Assembly (NCBI GenBank): GCA_029570375.1
Contig: JAKPXB010000040.1
Coordinates: 155,464-219,463 of the forward strand
DNA from: Bacillota bacterium
Lineage (GTDB): Bacteria; Bacillota; Clostridia; Saccharofermentanales; DTU023
DNA length: 64,000 nucleotides
Reading direction: 5' to 3'
Positions 27,973 to 38,207 of this stretch are shown in pieces. The number at the start of each line of letters is the position of its first letter. Position 1 is the first letter of the stretch. The translations under genes were made by a program, and so were the position numbers. The notes below the pieces were generated by a model, which worked only from the letters and a program-made list of their open reading frames with translations, did not search any database and was not told where the DNA came from.

Positions 27973-29045
27973 GCTTTACCTGCTCTCTGCTTGAAAATCA
28001 CGGCAAAAAAAGGAATCCCCATCACGGAGGTCAATATGCCGATCGGAAGTTCTACAGGAAAAGCATTCCGGCAGATCGTGTCACAGATGACAAGATACGC
28101 GCTGCCGAGAATAGCGGAGATCGGAAGAAGCGTGCGGTAGTTCGGCCCCGCCAGGGCGCGGGCGAGATGCGGAATAACGAGGCCAACCCAGCCGATCTGT
28201 CCGCAGATCGATACACTGGACGCTGTGATGATCGTGCACGCTAGAATGGTCGTAAAGCGCACGCGCCTTGTGTTGACCCCCATTGACCGCGCTTCCTCTT
28301 CGCCAAAGGAGATCACATTCAGCTTCTGGCGGTTAAAAAACAGAATGGCGGCCGCGAAAATGAGCGGGATCAGCACCTGCAGCACGTGCTTTCGCTCGAC
28401 ATCGTTAAAGGATCCCATGAGCCAGAAGGTAATCGCGGGCAGGCTCTGGTCGGGGTCAGCGAGAAATTTTATGATGGAAAGGCCGGCGTTGAAAAGCCCC
28501 TTGACCAGCATCCCCCCGAGTACGAGCGCGAGAATGGGGTCCGACGGCATGAAGCGTTCGAAACGCGCTGACAGGAACACGGCAAGCAAGGCAAAGACCA
28601 GAGCCGTCACCTGGATCCTGCTGATCGTCTCCGACTGAATGATGGCGAGAGCCGCGCCGAAGCTCGCACCGGCTGTCACCCCGAGGATATCCGGTGAAAC
28701 GAGAGGATTGCGAAACATCCCCTGATAGGCGGAACCCGCGATACTGATACCGGCGCCGACGATAAGGACAACGATCACCCGCGGTAAACGGACATTGAAC
28801 AGAACTGTCTTCATGTTCTGATCCGCAATCTGTGATGGATCTTTGAAGCGCCAGTATATCGTCCGGAAGAGGTCCTGCAGGCTGATCGGATAGCGTCCCA
28901 GAGTAAAGGACAGGACGAAGAGAGCAAGAGGGATGAGAATGAGAATCGGCCACCACTGCTGAAAGATACGCAGGCGCCTCTGCTGTCTCGTCAGGAGAAG
29001 CGGCTGTCCGCCGGGAGTACCGCTGTTCTCGGAGGTTTTCTTCAT
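27969..29045 (-). CDS. FecCD/BtuC-family ABC permease
   Basis: About 9-10 TM helices and ...SPDILGVTAGASFGAALA... typical of FecCD. The start ATG 29045 overlaps the upstream stop as ATGA, and the gene's 3' end overlaps the ATPase start by 4 nt. Confidence 0.85.
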   Translation of the reverse strand: MKKTSENSGTPGGQPLLLTRQQRRLRIFQQWWPILILIPLALFVLSFTLGRYPISLQDLFRTIYWRFKDPSQIADQNMKTVLFNVRLPRVIVVLIVGAGISIAGSAYQGMFRNPLVSPDILGVTAGASFGAALAIIQSETISRIQVTALVFALLAVFLSARFERFMPSDPILALVLGGMLVKGLFNAGLSIIKFLADPDQSLPAITFWLMGSFNDVERKHVLQVLIPLIFAAAILFFNRQKLNVISFGEEEARSMGVNTRRVRFTTILACTIITASSVSICGQIGWVGLVIPHLARALAGPNYRTLLPISAILGSAYLVICDTICRNAFPVELPIGILTSVMGIPFFAVIFKQRAGKA

Positions 29046-29803
29046 CGGTTGTCGCCTCCGCGATCCCCGGCTTCTCCATATTCTGCACATTTTACGGAGG
29101 GAAAACCTCGGCCTCCGTCTATGGCCTCAGAAGATTTCTGCCAGCAGAACCAGTGTCCGTCTCCGGTATGGGAAAAAATGTGATAGCGATCTCCCCACGC
29201 GTTGAAAAGCGCTTCATACGCCGCGTCGTCCAGAATATGCATCGGCAGGGTGCGCAGGAACCGCCTCTCCTGCTCCTGAACTGTTGCGCACCACTCCCCG
29301 TCTTCGCGCAAACGAAGCTCCTGAAAGGCTGTGCTCCCCCGGCCGCCCCCGATATAGGCGATACCTCCTTTTTTTAATACGCGCCTCAATTCGCTGAAAG
29401 CTGTGCGCTGATCCTCCCAGAACCTCTGCGAACCGCGGCTGAAAATGAAATCGAATTGATTGTCTTTCACCGGGATGGCATGCACATCCGCCTGAAGAAG
29501 ATGTACAGGCAAGTCGCCATCGTGAGAATGTATACGATCAGCAGCCCGCTCAAGCCCTTCTTTTCGGAGATCGAGCAGACTCACGCTCGCGACGCGCGTC
29601 TGCCTCAACAGCGCGAGCGTCATTCCGCCCGGACCACATCCGACATCCAGAATATGCGCTTGTTCAATGGAAAAAGATGAACCGTCAGAGAAAGGCGCAC
29701 AGCGCTCCAGCATGGTCGATACAATATCGTCATACATCCGAACGTTCCAAATCGACTCGCTCGCGCGGTCGAAAGCGCTGTAATCTCTTACCGTTTGATT
29801 CAT
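29042..29803 (-). CDS. Class I SAM-dependent methyltransferase
   Basis: Motif I ILDVGCGPGGMTLAL. I chose the start MNQTVRDY with GGGGGT upstream. It is translationally coupled to the permease. Confidence 0.75.
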   Translation of the reverse strand: MNQTVRDYSAFDRASESIWNVRMYDDIVSTMLERCAPFSDGSSFSIEQAHILDVGCGPGGMTLALLRQTRVASVSLLDLRKEGLERAADRIHSHDGDLPVHLLQADVHAIPVKDNQFDFIFSRGSQRFWEDQRTAFSELRRVLKKGGIAYIGGGRGSTAFQELRLREDGEWCATVQEQERRFLRTLPMHILDDAAYEALFNAWGDRYHIFSHTGDGHWFCWQKSSEAIDGGRGFPSVKCAEYGEAGDRGGDNR

Positions 29804-29969
29804 CTCACATACCCCCGAATAGTAAATAAATGCTAATCGTTGGCTGTTTGAGACTAACACAATCAAGGCGAAAGTTCAATAAAAACAAATCGATTCTGTA
29901 TAATTCTGACAATTTTTTGTATGTATACGAACAAAAACGACCTGCCCGGTTCAGGGAAAACCGCTGCGA

Positions 29970-31721
29970 TCACGCCTCTTCGAATTGACTCCTGTACAGG
30001 AAGGCGTACTGGCCGTTTCTTTCGAGAAGTTCGGCATGCGTTCCGCGCTCGGCAATACCGTTTTCGGAGAGGACGAGAATCTCGTCGGCGTTCCGGATGG
30101 TCGACAGGCGGTGAGCGATAACGAGCGTCGTGCGGTCGCGCGACAGTTCGTCGAGGGCCGCCTGGATGGCGCGCTCGCTGATGTTGTCGAGGGAGCTCGT
30201 CGCTTCGTCGAGAATCAGAATCGGCGGATTGCGGAGAAAAGCGCGCGCAATCGAAACGCGCTGGCGCTCGCCGCCGGAGAACCGGACGCCGCGCTCGCCT
30301 ACAATCGTCTCGTATCCCGCCGGCAGCGATTCAACAAATTCGTCGATGTGCGCTTTTTTCGCGGCGTCGCGTATCGCGTCATCCGATGCCTCGCGGTCGC
30401 CGTAACTGATGTTATCTCGGACAGAGCTGTTGAACAGGTAAACATCCTGCTGGACGACAGCGATATTCCGACGAAGGGAACGGAGCGTGAAATCGCGTAT
30501 ATCGATACCGTCGACGAGAACACGACCGCCCGTCACATCATAAAACCGCGGAATGAGAGAGCATATCGTCGTTTTCCCCACACCGGAAGGACCGACGAGG
30601 GCGACTGTTTTTCCCGCTTCGATTGAAAACGACAGATCAGTCAGAACTTTCTCGCCGCCGTAAGAGAACGACACATGGTCAAACTCGATGCGTCCTTTCA
30701 ATACGCCGGCATCAACGGCCTCCGTCAGGTCCTTTACATCCGGCTCCGTGTCGATAATTTCGACCATCCGCCGAAACCCCGTCATCCCCTTCTGAAACTG
30801 CTCATTAAATTGAATCAGCGTGCGGATCGGCACGAGGTACATGTTGATATACAGGACAAAGGCGATGGCATCGCCAGCCCGGAGCGTCCCCCGGATGACG
30901 AAAAAGCCCCCCGCGATCAGCGTTGTCAGATAGAGCATTCCCTGCATGAACTGATTCAGCGTGAAGTATTTTCCCATGAAGAAATACATGCGTTTCTTCG
31001 AGTAATAAAAAGCTTCGTTCCCGTGATGGAACTTCTCCATTTCGATCGACTCGTTTGAAAAAGACTGCACGGTGCGGATTCCCGACAAGCTGTCCTGGAC
31101 GATCGCGTTCACATCGGCGATCTTGCGGCGGTTATCCATAAAAACATTCGTCATTCTTGCCCGATACCCGAACATGACAATAACGAGCAGTATTGTAAAG
31201 AAAAGCAGGATCAGTGACAGATAGATATGGATGCGCGCCAGAATCACAAAGGAGCCGATAATTTTGAACAGTGAAATAAATACATTCTCCGGACCGTGAT
31301 GCGCGAGTTCCGTGATATCGAACAAGTCGGTAATCAGCCGCGACACCATCTTCCCGGTACTCGTCTTGTCGAAGAAGGAGAACGACAGCTTTTCCATATG
31401 ACCGAAGAGCACGCCCCTCATGTCCGTCTCGATGCGCGCGCCGAGAATATGTCCCCACGATGTGACAAAGTAAAGGGACGCCGCTTCCACAAGGTAAAGG
31501 ACGAACATCAGCGCTGCCGTTTTTATGAGAATCGGTGCGATCAGCGACTTGTCCTGAAGCGTAAACACATCGTTGACGAGATAGCGGATCAGCGCGGGGA
31601 ACGCCAATCCCGCGCCGCCGGTAATCGCCGCGCATAGCAGATCCGCGGCGAAAAGACCTTTGTACGGGATATAGTATGCGACAAATCGCCGGAGCAGCGA
31701 TTTGTCCTTCTCCGCTTTCAT
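29970..31721 (-). CDS. ABC exporter, fused permease/ATPase (MsbA/type I exporter family)
   Basis: Six-TM N-terminal domain, then GPSGVGKTT, LSGGERQR, ILILDEATSSLD. Confidence 0.9.
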   Translation of the reverse strand: MKAEKDKSLLRRFVAYYIPYKGLFAADLLCAAITGGAGLAFPALIRYLVNDVFTLQDKSLIAPILIKTAALMFVLYLVEAASLYFVTSWGHILGARIETDMRGVLFGHMEKLSFSFFDKTSTGKMVSRLITDLFDITELAHHGPENVFISLFKIIGSFVILARIHIYLSLILLFFTILLVIVMFGYRARMTNVFMDNRRKIADVNAIVQDSLSGIRTVQSFSNESIEMEKFHHGNEAFYYSKKRMYFFMGKYFTLNQFMQGMLYLTTLIAGGFFVIRGTLRAGDAIAFVLYINMYLVPIRTLIQFNEQFQKGMTGFRRMVEIIDTEPDVKDLTEAVDAGVLKGRIEFDHVSFSYGGEKVLTDLSFSIEAGKTVALVGPSGVGKTTICSLIPRFYDVTGGRVLVDGIDIRDFTLRSLRRNIAVVQQDVYLFNSSVRDNISYGDREASDDAIRDAAKKAHIDEFVESLPAGYETIVGERGVRFSGGERQRVSIARAFLRNPPILILDEATSSLDNISERAIQAALDELSRDRTTLVIAHRLSTIRNADEILVLSENGIAERGTHAELLERNGQYAFLYRSQFEEA

Positions 31722-32173
31722 CAGCTTTGGGACGGCGATTCCGCGCCGCCGGCCGGAAAGACCATCAGATTGATGCCGATCCCGGGGTCCATCTCCCGTT
31801 CAATGGTGCCCTTCAATAGACTGATCACAATCTCACATGTGACGGCAACACGCGCTTCGCTGAGATGCCCGCCGACAACGGCGCCTGTTTCATCACTGAT
31901 TGTCATATGCATATGGATATAGGGAGCGCCTTCCTGCGCCGTGATATTCCCGATGAGACTGGTAATCTCATATTCGCCTTTGAATTCGTTCACGAGATAG
32001 CGGCGCTTCTCAAGCGAATAGAGGCCGAGCCTGGCGTAGTCGACGGCTCCGATGCCGCTTAAAAAGCCGAGACCGATCTGCTCTTTCTGACAAAGATCAT
32101 GAATGGCTTTTACAATCTCTTCCCCGCGGTCGATACGCAGGATATACGCGCTGTCAGTTTTCAAATAGTTCAT
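31721..32173 (-). CDS. PPC/DUF296 domain protein
   Basis: ...ILRIDRGEEIVKAIHDLCQKEQIGLGFLSGIGAV...GAPYIHMHMTISDETGAVVGGHL is the typical PPC (DUF296) pattern. Confidence 0.7.
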   Translation of the reverse strand: MNYLKTDSAYILRIDRGEEIVKAIHDLCQKEQIGLGFLSGIGAVDYARLGLYSLEKRRYLVNEFKGEYEITSLIGNITAQEGAPYIHMHMTISDETGAVVGGHLSEARVAVTCEIVISLLKGTIEREMDPGIGINLMVFPAGGAESPSQS

Positions 32174-32244
32174 CGCAGGGACACTCTTTCTATGCCGTAA
32201 ACATCGCCATCGGTGAGCGGCAAAACGCTTAATTACGCTTTCTG

Positions 32245-32919
32245 TTACAGCGTTTCTTCAAGATAAGGGCGGGCGAGTTTAATGAGAGCACTGGCGCCGA
32301 GGCGTGACGCGCCGATCCTGAGATAGGTGAGCGCGTCCTCCAGCGAGCGAATCCCCCCCGAAGCTTTTACGCCGATGTGCGGACCGACATTGGCGCACAG
32401 GAGCCGGACATCGTCCGGTGTCGCTCCGCCGGACGCAAACCCGGTAGATGTCTTGATGAAATCGGCTTCACAGGCGGTAACAATCTCAGAGAGGCGTATT
32501 TTCTCGTGTTCGTCGAGTTCGGACGTTTCGATAATGACTTTCAGGATCGCGTCATCGCAGAGATCCCGGATTTGCTCAATCTCGTCCGTGATAAAATCCC
32601 AGAGGCCGTCTTTGACCCAGCCGAGATTGATGACCATATCGATCTCTGAGGCGCCATTTTCTAGCGCGTCCTCTGTCTGGTACAGTTTGGAACCCGTCGT
32701 GTCATACCCGTTCGGGAACCCGATCACCGTACAGATAGGAAGAGCACCGTCCACATAGTTGACGGCCTCACTGACATAAGAGGCGGGAATGCAGCAGCTC
32801 GCGCACCCGAATTCCATCCCCTCTCTCAGCAGCTTCGTTATCTCATCATATGTGGCTGCCGGCCGCAAAAGCGTATGATCCGTCGCCCTCAGAATACGTT
32901 CGACATCTGCTCTTTCCAT
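32245..32919 (-). CDS. deoC: Deoxyribose-phosphate aldolase
   Basis: ...DHTLLRPAATYDEI...CCIPASYV...ADFIKTSTGF...VGVKASGGIR has the catalytic Lys context of DeoC. Confidence 0.9.
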   Translation of the reverse strand: MERADVERILRATDHTLLRPAATYDEITKLLREGMEFGCASCCIPASYVSEAVNYVDGALPICTVIGFPNGYDTTGSKLYQTEDALENGASEIDMVINLGWVKDGLWDFITDEIEQIRDLCDDAILKVIIETSELDEHEKIRLSEIVTACEADFIKTSTGFASGGATPDDVRLLCANVGPHIGVKASGGIRSLEDALTYLRIGASRLGASALIKLARPYLEETL

Positions 32920-32990
32920 GGTCAGTCCTCCTTCACTGCGCTCGATTGCCCTGCTCTATTGTCGCACATTTTATTGTGCGATATCCATCC

Positions 32991-34205
32991 TTATTGCTTT
33001 TCAATGGGCGATGTCTTCTTTTTGACTGTGTCATCCGGTTCTGTCGCCGGAACGCTTTCCTGATCGAAGAACCCCCGCATATCACTCAGTATAAATGCTT
33101 CCGGAGGAAAAGGGACGGTTCTTTTCTCTCTCCCCGCCTGAAAAACAGCGAGAATGTGGCGAAGTGCCGCAAGCCCAGCTTCTGCGGAGGCAAGCGCCGG
33201 CCGCCCTTCCTCAATAGCATCGAGAATGTCTCCATACATAAACGTATACGGATTCCCGAGCGCTTTCAGTACTCCGATACCTTCACGTTTCACGCGGTTC
33301 ACCACTGCGTCCGCCAGCAGCTTCCGGTGGTATTTTCTCCCGCCGTCGCCGAGAATTGTAACTTTCGGTATACCGCCTGATACAGACGCGTTCACTGTCC
33401 CGCGCTCACAGCGGAGAAAGAAAGACGCTTCCCGGCGCCGCGGGTCGCTGTTTGTCGTGCCTTCAATAAGCAGGAGACGGTTGTTCTTCAGAAGCAGTGT
33501 CCCGACGGCGAGATCGGCGGCTTCGATCTGATGGCACTGGCGCAGCAGCGTGCCTGTCGCTTCGACCGGCACCGCGTCCATCAGCCATGTCATCAGATCG
33601 ACGGCGTGAATACTCTGATTCATGAGTGCCCCGCCTTCACTCTCCCAGGTTCCAAACCAGGGAGCCTGATCGTAGTAAGCCTGGCTGTGTCCCCAGCGGA
33701 CAGCCACCGAACCGTAGAGAACCTCTCCCAGGACACCGCTGCCCACCAGGTCTTTCATCTCCGGAACACCGGGGATATAGCGGTATTTCATACCGACAGC
33801 CATAACGCGCTTTCTCTCCCGCGCGTACTCAATCAGCTGCTCGGCTTCGCCGACATCGAGTGTGAATGGCTTCTCGACGATGAGATGCGTGCCGGCACGG
33901 AGCGCCTTCTCCGCGATCGAAAAGTGCGTCGCCGGCGGTGTGGCGATCACCGTCAGATCAATCGGCGTCTTTCCCAGTATTTCATCGACCGAGTCAGCCC
34001 GGAGGGGAACGGGGAAGCGCCGGCCACGACCGGCTATGACCGCTTCCAATGCTTCCCTGTTTCTGTCGGCGATGGCGGCGAGCTCAACATAACCCCGTCT
34101 CTCAAAAAAGCGGATGGCTTTCAGGTGGCCGGCAGAGGCGCGGCCACAGCCGACGAGCGCTATTCTCAAACGTTTATAGGGTTTTTTCCGCCTGTCTGTA
34201 TTCAT
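32991..34205 (-). CDS. Gfo/Idh/MocA-family NAD(P)-dependent oxidoreductase
   Basis: LRIALVGCGRASAGHLKAI... Rossmann N-terminus and ...HLIVEKPFTL.... Confidence 0.85.
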   Translation of the reverse strand: MNTDRRKKPYKRLRIALVGCGRASAGHLKAIRFFERRGYVELAAIADRNREALEAVIAGRGRRFPVPLRADSVDEILGKTPIDLTVIATPPATHFSIAEKALRAGTHLIVEKPFTLDVGEAEQLIEYARERKRVMAVGMKYRYIPGVPEMKDLVGSGVLGEVLYGSVAVRWGHSQAYYDQAPWFGTWESEGGALMNQSIHAVDLMTWLMDAVPVEATGTLLRQCHQIEAADLAVGTLLLKNNRLLLIEGTTNSDPRRREASFFLRCERGTVNASVSGGIPKVTILGDGGRKYHRKLLADAVVNRVKREGIGVLKALGNPYTFMYGDILDAIEEGRPALASAEAGLAALRHILAVFQAGREKRTVPFPPEAFILSDMRGFFDQESVPATEPDDTVKKKTSPIEKQ

Positions 34206-34248
34206 CCTCTCCCATTGTCCCGCGCTTGTCCGTCCTTCCCGGAAGTCC

Positions 34249-36516
34249 TCAGACCGACAGGCCCGTCCTGTAACCCGCCCGTACCGCCTGCGCGATCATC
34301 CCCGCGTCCGCCGCGTCGCCGAGGAGATGGATCTCCGGCGTGATGTACTCGTCTTTGAGCAGACGATAGAACGAATCGTCCGGCTCGCTCCCGACAGCGA
34401 GAACAACGAGATCCGCCTCGATTGAGCGGGTGCGGATCTCCTGTCTGATCGGTTTCGCCAGAGGGTTGGGAATATTCTCGGGGAGAACCGGCGTCCACGT
34501 ATTGTAAGGATCCGGTACCGTAGCAGACTCGTTTACCCTGACGGAAACGCTTCCTTCCCCGATGCTCTCCAGCCGCGCGCAATTCATCAGTTTGACACCG
34601 CGCTTCTCAAGCTCATGGATGATATGGGTCCGGTTGGCCGTACAAATACCGCCCATAAAGACAGGGAGCATTTCAACTACGGTGACTTCCATATCGTGTT
34701 CGGCGGCAAGCATCAGCGCCACTTCAGATCCGACTGTCCCGCCGCCCACGACAACCGTTTTCCGCTTATCCTGGAGGAGCGTCAAATCTCCCAGAAGCGA
34801 CCGGGCGAGGACAGCCCGTTCGATTCCGGGGATGTCTGGAACCGTCTCACGGCTTCCCGTCGCACATACGATCACATCGTAGTGACCGTTCGCAAGCATA
34901 GCGAGTGTCGCCTCCGTATTCAGAAGGAGCTTGAAGTCGGGGTTGTCCCGGTCACATATTTCGACAGTGCGCTCCATCCATTCGAGGTAATTTCTCACAT
35001 CGCGCTTGAACAGCGGAACAGACGCGAGCCGCACCGTGCCGCCGACACCTTCCTGCTGATCGATCAGGTGTACCTCGTGGCCGCGGCTGAGAGCAGCCAT
35101 CGCGCATTCGAAGCCGGCGGGGCCCGCTCCCACGACCGCGATTTTCTTCCTGACGGGCGCCTTGGGCGGCTCCGCGGGAAGCGCCGACTCAAAGGAAGTC
35201 CGCGGATTGACAGCGCAGCACGGATGGCCTCCTTCGACAAATTCATGGATACAGGCTTCCTGACAGCCGATGCACGGCCGGATGGCGTCAACCCTGCCGG
35301 CGTAAGCTTTCTGCGGCCACGCGGGATCGGCGAGCAACGGCCTTCCAAGCATCACCATATCGCACATTTCATCCGCCAGAGCCTTCTCCGCGAGGTCGGG
35401 ATAACCGAGTTTGCCAACGGCGGCGACGGGGACGGGAAGTCCTTTGTTTGAGACGATTTTATGCTCAGCAAAATAGTCTTTGACCAGCTTGGATACATGA
35501 AGAAAAACACCGGGTTTCATTGTCACAGGCGGATGCGGGAGCCACCAGTTGTCGTAACATCCGAGGTCGACATCGAACAGATCGACGCCTGCCGCGACCA
35601 GGTTCTTCATATAGTCGAGCGTCTGTTCGATTGTCCGCTCATTTCTGAATTTCCGCAGTGTCTTTACCGTCCGCATACGCTCCCCGTAAGTCGCGTTCAG
35701 AGCCAGTGACAAATCGATCCTGTACATAATCGGATAATCGGGGCCGGTGCGCTTCCGGATCTCGCGGACGACGTCCAGTCCGAAGTTCTGCCAGTGGGCG
35801 TAGCGGCCGAGCCTGCGGCGGTTGAACGCGGGGTTTGTCAGCTGCTCCAGGAGATACCCCTCATGTCCGTGCAGATAGACGCCGTCAATCGTCGCGGCTT
35901 TGGCATCAGCAGCCGCCTGGCCGAAGTTCCTGATCATTTTCTTCAGTTTTCTCCCGGAAAGCCGGAGACACGGAACGCCGGGGAGATAGTAATTCGGATT
36001 GAGCGAAGCCGAAACGGGGAATTTATGCTGGTTTACCAGACACTGCGGATTCCCGACGCGCCCCAGGCCGGCAGTCAGCTGGATAAAGAAGCGGGCGCCC
36101 GCCGCGTGCGTATTATGCGCGATGTCGCGCCACCCTGAATAGTATGTCCTGCTCCCCAGAATTTTCGGGAAATACGTGAGGTCTCCCGGTTCTTTCAATG
36201 AATGATCGATTCCGAACGAGACAGGAACGAGCCCCGAAGTGATCAATCCGACGCCGCCTTTCGCGCGCTCTTCGAAATAGGCGATCATCGATCGATCCGG
36301 CCGGCCCGTCTCTTCCGCCTGCGAGATATTTCCCATCGGCGCCATGATCAGTCTGTTTTTCAATGTGAGGCTGTTGACGCGGATCGGGGAAAAAATTGAC
36401 TTGTAAGGGTAAAGCATCTGCGTCATACGGCCGCCGGCGATTTTTCCCTCATCGAGGAACCAGTCTCCGGAATCTTTTAACCAGTCCGCGAGCAATGTTT
36501 CCGGGTATTTTGACAT
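34249..36516 (-). CDS. OYE-like FMN oxidoreductase fused to FAD/NAD(P)-binding domain (2-enoate reductase / 2,4-dienoyl-CoA reductase family)
   Basis: LKNRLIMAPMG, then the Fe-S motif RPCIGCQEACIHEF...CCAVNP, then KIAVVGAGPAGFE and VVVGGGTVGSE dinucleotide folds. I chose the start MSKYPE (ATG 36516) with an upstream GGAAGG; the track ORF starts at 36552. Confidence 0.85.
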   Translation of the reverse strand: MSKYPETLLADWLKDSGDWFLDEGKIAGGRMTQMLYPYKSIFSPIRVNSLTLKNRLIMAPMGNISQAEETGRPDRSMIAYFEERAKGGVGLITSGLVPVSFGIDHSLKEPGDLTYFPKILGSRTYYSGWRDIAHNTHAAGARFFIQLTAGLGRVGNPQCLVNQHKFPVSASLNPNYYLPGVPCLRLSGRKLKKMIRNFGQAAADAKAATIDGVYLHGHEGYLLEQLTNPAFNRRRLGRYAHWQNFGLDVVREIRKRTGPDYPIMYRIDLSLALNATYGERMRTVKTLRKFRNERTIEQTLDYMKNLVAAGVDLFDVDLGCYDNWWLPHPPVTMKPGVFLHVSKLVKDYFAEHKIVSNKGLPVPVAAVGKLGYPDLAEKALADEMCDMVMLGRPLLADPAWPQKAYAGRVDAIRPCIGCQEACIHEFVEGGHPCCAVNPRTSFESALPAEPPKAPVRKKIAVVGAGPAGFECAMAALSRGHEVHLIDQQEGVGGTVRLASVPLFKRDVRNYLEWMERTVEICDRDNPDFKLLLNTEATLAMLANGHYDVIVCATGSRETVPDIPGIERAVLARSLLGDLTLLQDKRKTVVVGGGTVGSEVALMLAAEHDMEVTVVEMLPVFMGGICTANRTHIIHELEKRGVKLMNCARLESIGEGSVSVRVNESATVPDPYNTWTPVLPENIPNPLAKPIRQEIRTRSIEADLVVLAVGSEPDDSFYRLLKDEYITPEIHLLGDAADAGMIAQAVRAGYRTGLSV

Positions 36517-36576
36517 ACAACCACTTCCTTCCTCTGAGTTCACCTCAACCATACCACGCAGAGGGCTTCTTTTATT

Positions 36577-37269
36577 TTACTCTTTGAAGTCATCCGCCCC
36601 GCAGCCAGAGGCAAGCGTCACCCCCAGGCCGCGGCAGATGAAATCGACATTCGCGCGGACGAGGCGTTCGCGGTCGCCATCCGCCTCGTCGCCGAGATAG
36701 TGCTTCATCTTCAGATGATAGTAGCGGGACGTAAGGGCGAGCTGGAGCATCACGACGGCATTATCGATATAGAGAGCGGCCATATCCAGGTCGATATCCT
36801 CGCGAACCTCTCCGCGTTCAACCGCCCGCTTCAGAACCGTTTTATACATCGAACGGAAACTCATCTCCGCCTGGTCGGACAGCCGCTCTGTCTGAACTTT
36901 CATATTGTCCGTTGTAATCAGAAGATAAAGCCGGCACATGTCGGGGTGTTTCTCTGTATACCGGATAGCGACCCGGAATAATCGCTCCAGAACATCCGTA
37001 ATAGTCCCCTGATCCGGACAGCACTCACTCATCGCCCGGTCGAGGAGCTCCAGTCCTTTCTCAACCAGGGCGAGAAAGAGATCTTCTTTCGAATCGAAAT
37101 AACTGTACATCGATCCGATGCTGATCCCGGCGAGTTTCGCGATTTCATTGATATTCGCCGCATCAAATCCACGCTCCGCAAACACGGAGATGGCCGTTGT
37201 GAAAATGATGTCCTGCTTTTCCGGCGCGATCTTCTCGAATGTCTCTTTATAAAAGCGGGAAGACGCCAT
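36577..37269 (-). CDS. TetR/AcrR-family transcriptional regulator
   Basis: The N-terminal HTH is FAERGFDAANINEIAKLAGISIGSMYSYFDSKEDLF. Confidence 0.9.
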   Translation of the reverse strand: MASSRFYKETFEKIAPEKQDIIFTTAISVFAERGFDAANINEIAKLAGISIGSMYSYFDSKEDLFLALVEKGLELLDRAMSECCPDQGTITDVLERLFRVAIRYTEKHPDMCRLYLLITTDNMKVQTERLSDQAEMSFRSMYKTVLKRAVERGEVREDIDLDMAALYIDNAVVMLQLALTSRYYHLKMKHYLGDEADGDRERLVRANVDFICRGLGVTLASGCGADDFKE

Positions 37270-37414
37270 GAACGAACCTCCAATGCATCAGGGCGGGCAG
37301 TTCCGCAATGGCCGCAGAACCGCCCGGCATCCTTCTATTAAGCCGCTGTTGCTATGCCGACACAGACCTCCCACGAATCGAAGTCCGGCCGGTCTCCCTC
37401 CGGTTATCTCCGCG

Positions 37415-38206
37415 TTAAGGCTGCGCGTACGAACCGACGAGCAGCATGTAGTCCCCGAGCATGCTCCCGAACTCAGGGCCGCCCTCCATCACCATCTTCC
37501 CCTGAGCGACGAGCTCTACCATATCCCCCGTTGAGAGAAGTGTCGCGAGCGCGCTTTCGAGATCGACAAACCGCATCGTGAAGAATGGCTTCGAGCGCAT
37601 ATAGCGGCCATGCGCCGACTTTGTTTTCCCCGCTTTCACACGCAGATACGCCGCGACATCCTCATACCCGTCAACCGTCCACGCATACACGCGGTTCGGA
37701 CTCGTTTTCGTCCATGCGTTGATCGACGGATGACCTTCGCGGTTCAGCTGGCTGATGCCGGAAGACAGGAGATAGAAATACAGTTTAACGAGCAGCCGCT
37801 GTGTCGGTTCATCTTTCGGCGCTTCCTTCATTTTAAGAAGCGAGGCCATCTTCAGCAGCGCTTTCATAAAGGGAATCAGAATACCGACCTTCAGCAGCCC
37901 CCGGATAGCCGGCAGTTTCTTCGATGTGCCCTTCATAAAACTGTTAAAATCCTGAAGGCTCCTGAAGAAAAGCTCAACAGTCGGCTTTTTCGAAGACGCG
38001 CCGAGCGTTGTGGTCACCTCTCCTTTGTCGACAACAAAATGTGTCGCCCAGAGCCCCGTGTCAGTTTGGGCGCTCACCTGGAATATCCCGGATTTTCCTC
38101 TGAGTTTTGAGCCGATACCCGGGGTATCATCCAGGATGACGCGGACGAGAGGAAGGACGGCATTGAAGAAAATCTTACCCGCGTAACGGTCATCTTTCGT
38201 ATCCAT
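37415..38206 (-). CDS. Unknown protein, SCP2-like C-terminal region; paralog of 41367..42125
   Basis: I chose the start MDTKDD (ATG 38206), one nt after the tktC stop and preceded by GAGGTG. It shares its layout with the other paralog (central K/L-rich amphipathic segment; C-terminal F..F.DLESALATLL..GDM...A.GKM.M.G). Confidence 0.5.
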   Translation of the reverse strand: MDTKDDRYAGKIFFNAVLPLVRVILDDTPGIGSKLRGKSGIFQVSAQTDTGLWATHFVVDKGEVTTTLGASSKKPTVELFFRSLQDFNSFMKGTSKKLPAIRGLLKVGILIPFMKALLKMASLLKMKEAPKDEPTQRLLVKLYFYLLSSGISQLNREGHPSINAWTKTSPNRVYAWTVDGYEDVAAYLRVKAGKTKSAHGRYMRSKPFFTMRFVDLESALATLLSTGDMVELVAQGKMVMEGGPEFGSMLGDYMLLVGSYAQP

Positions 38207-38207
38207 C

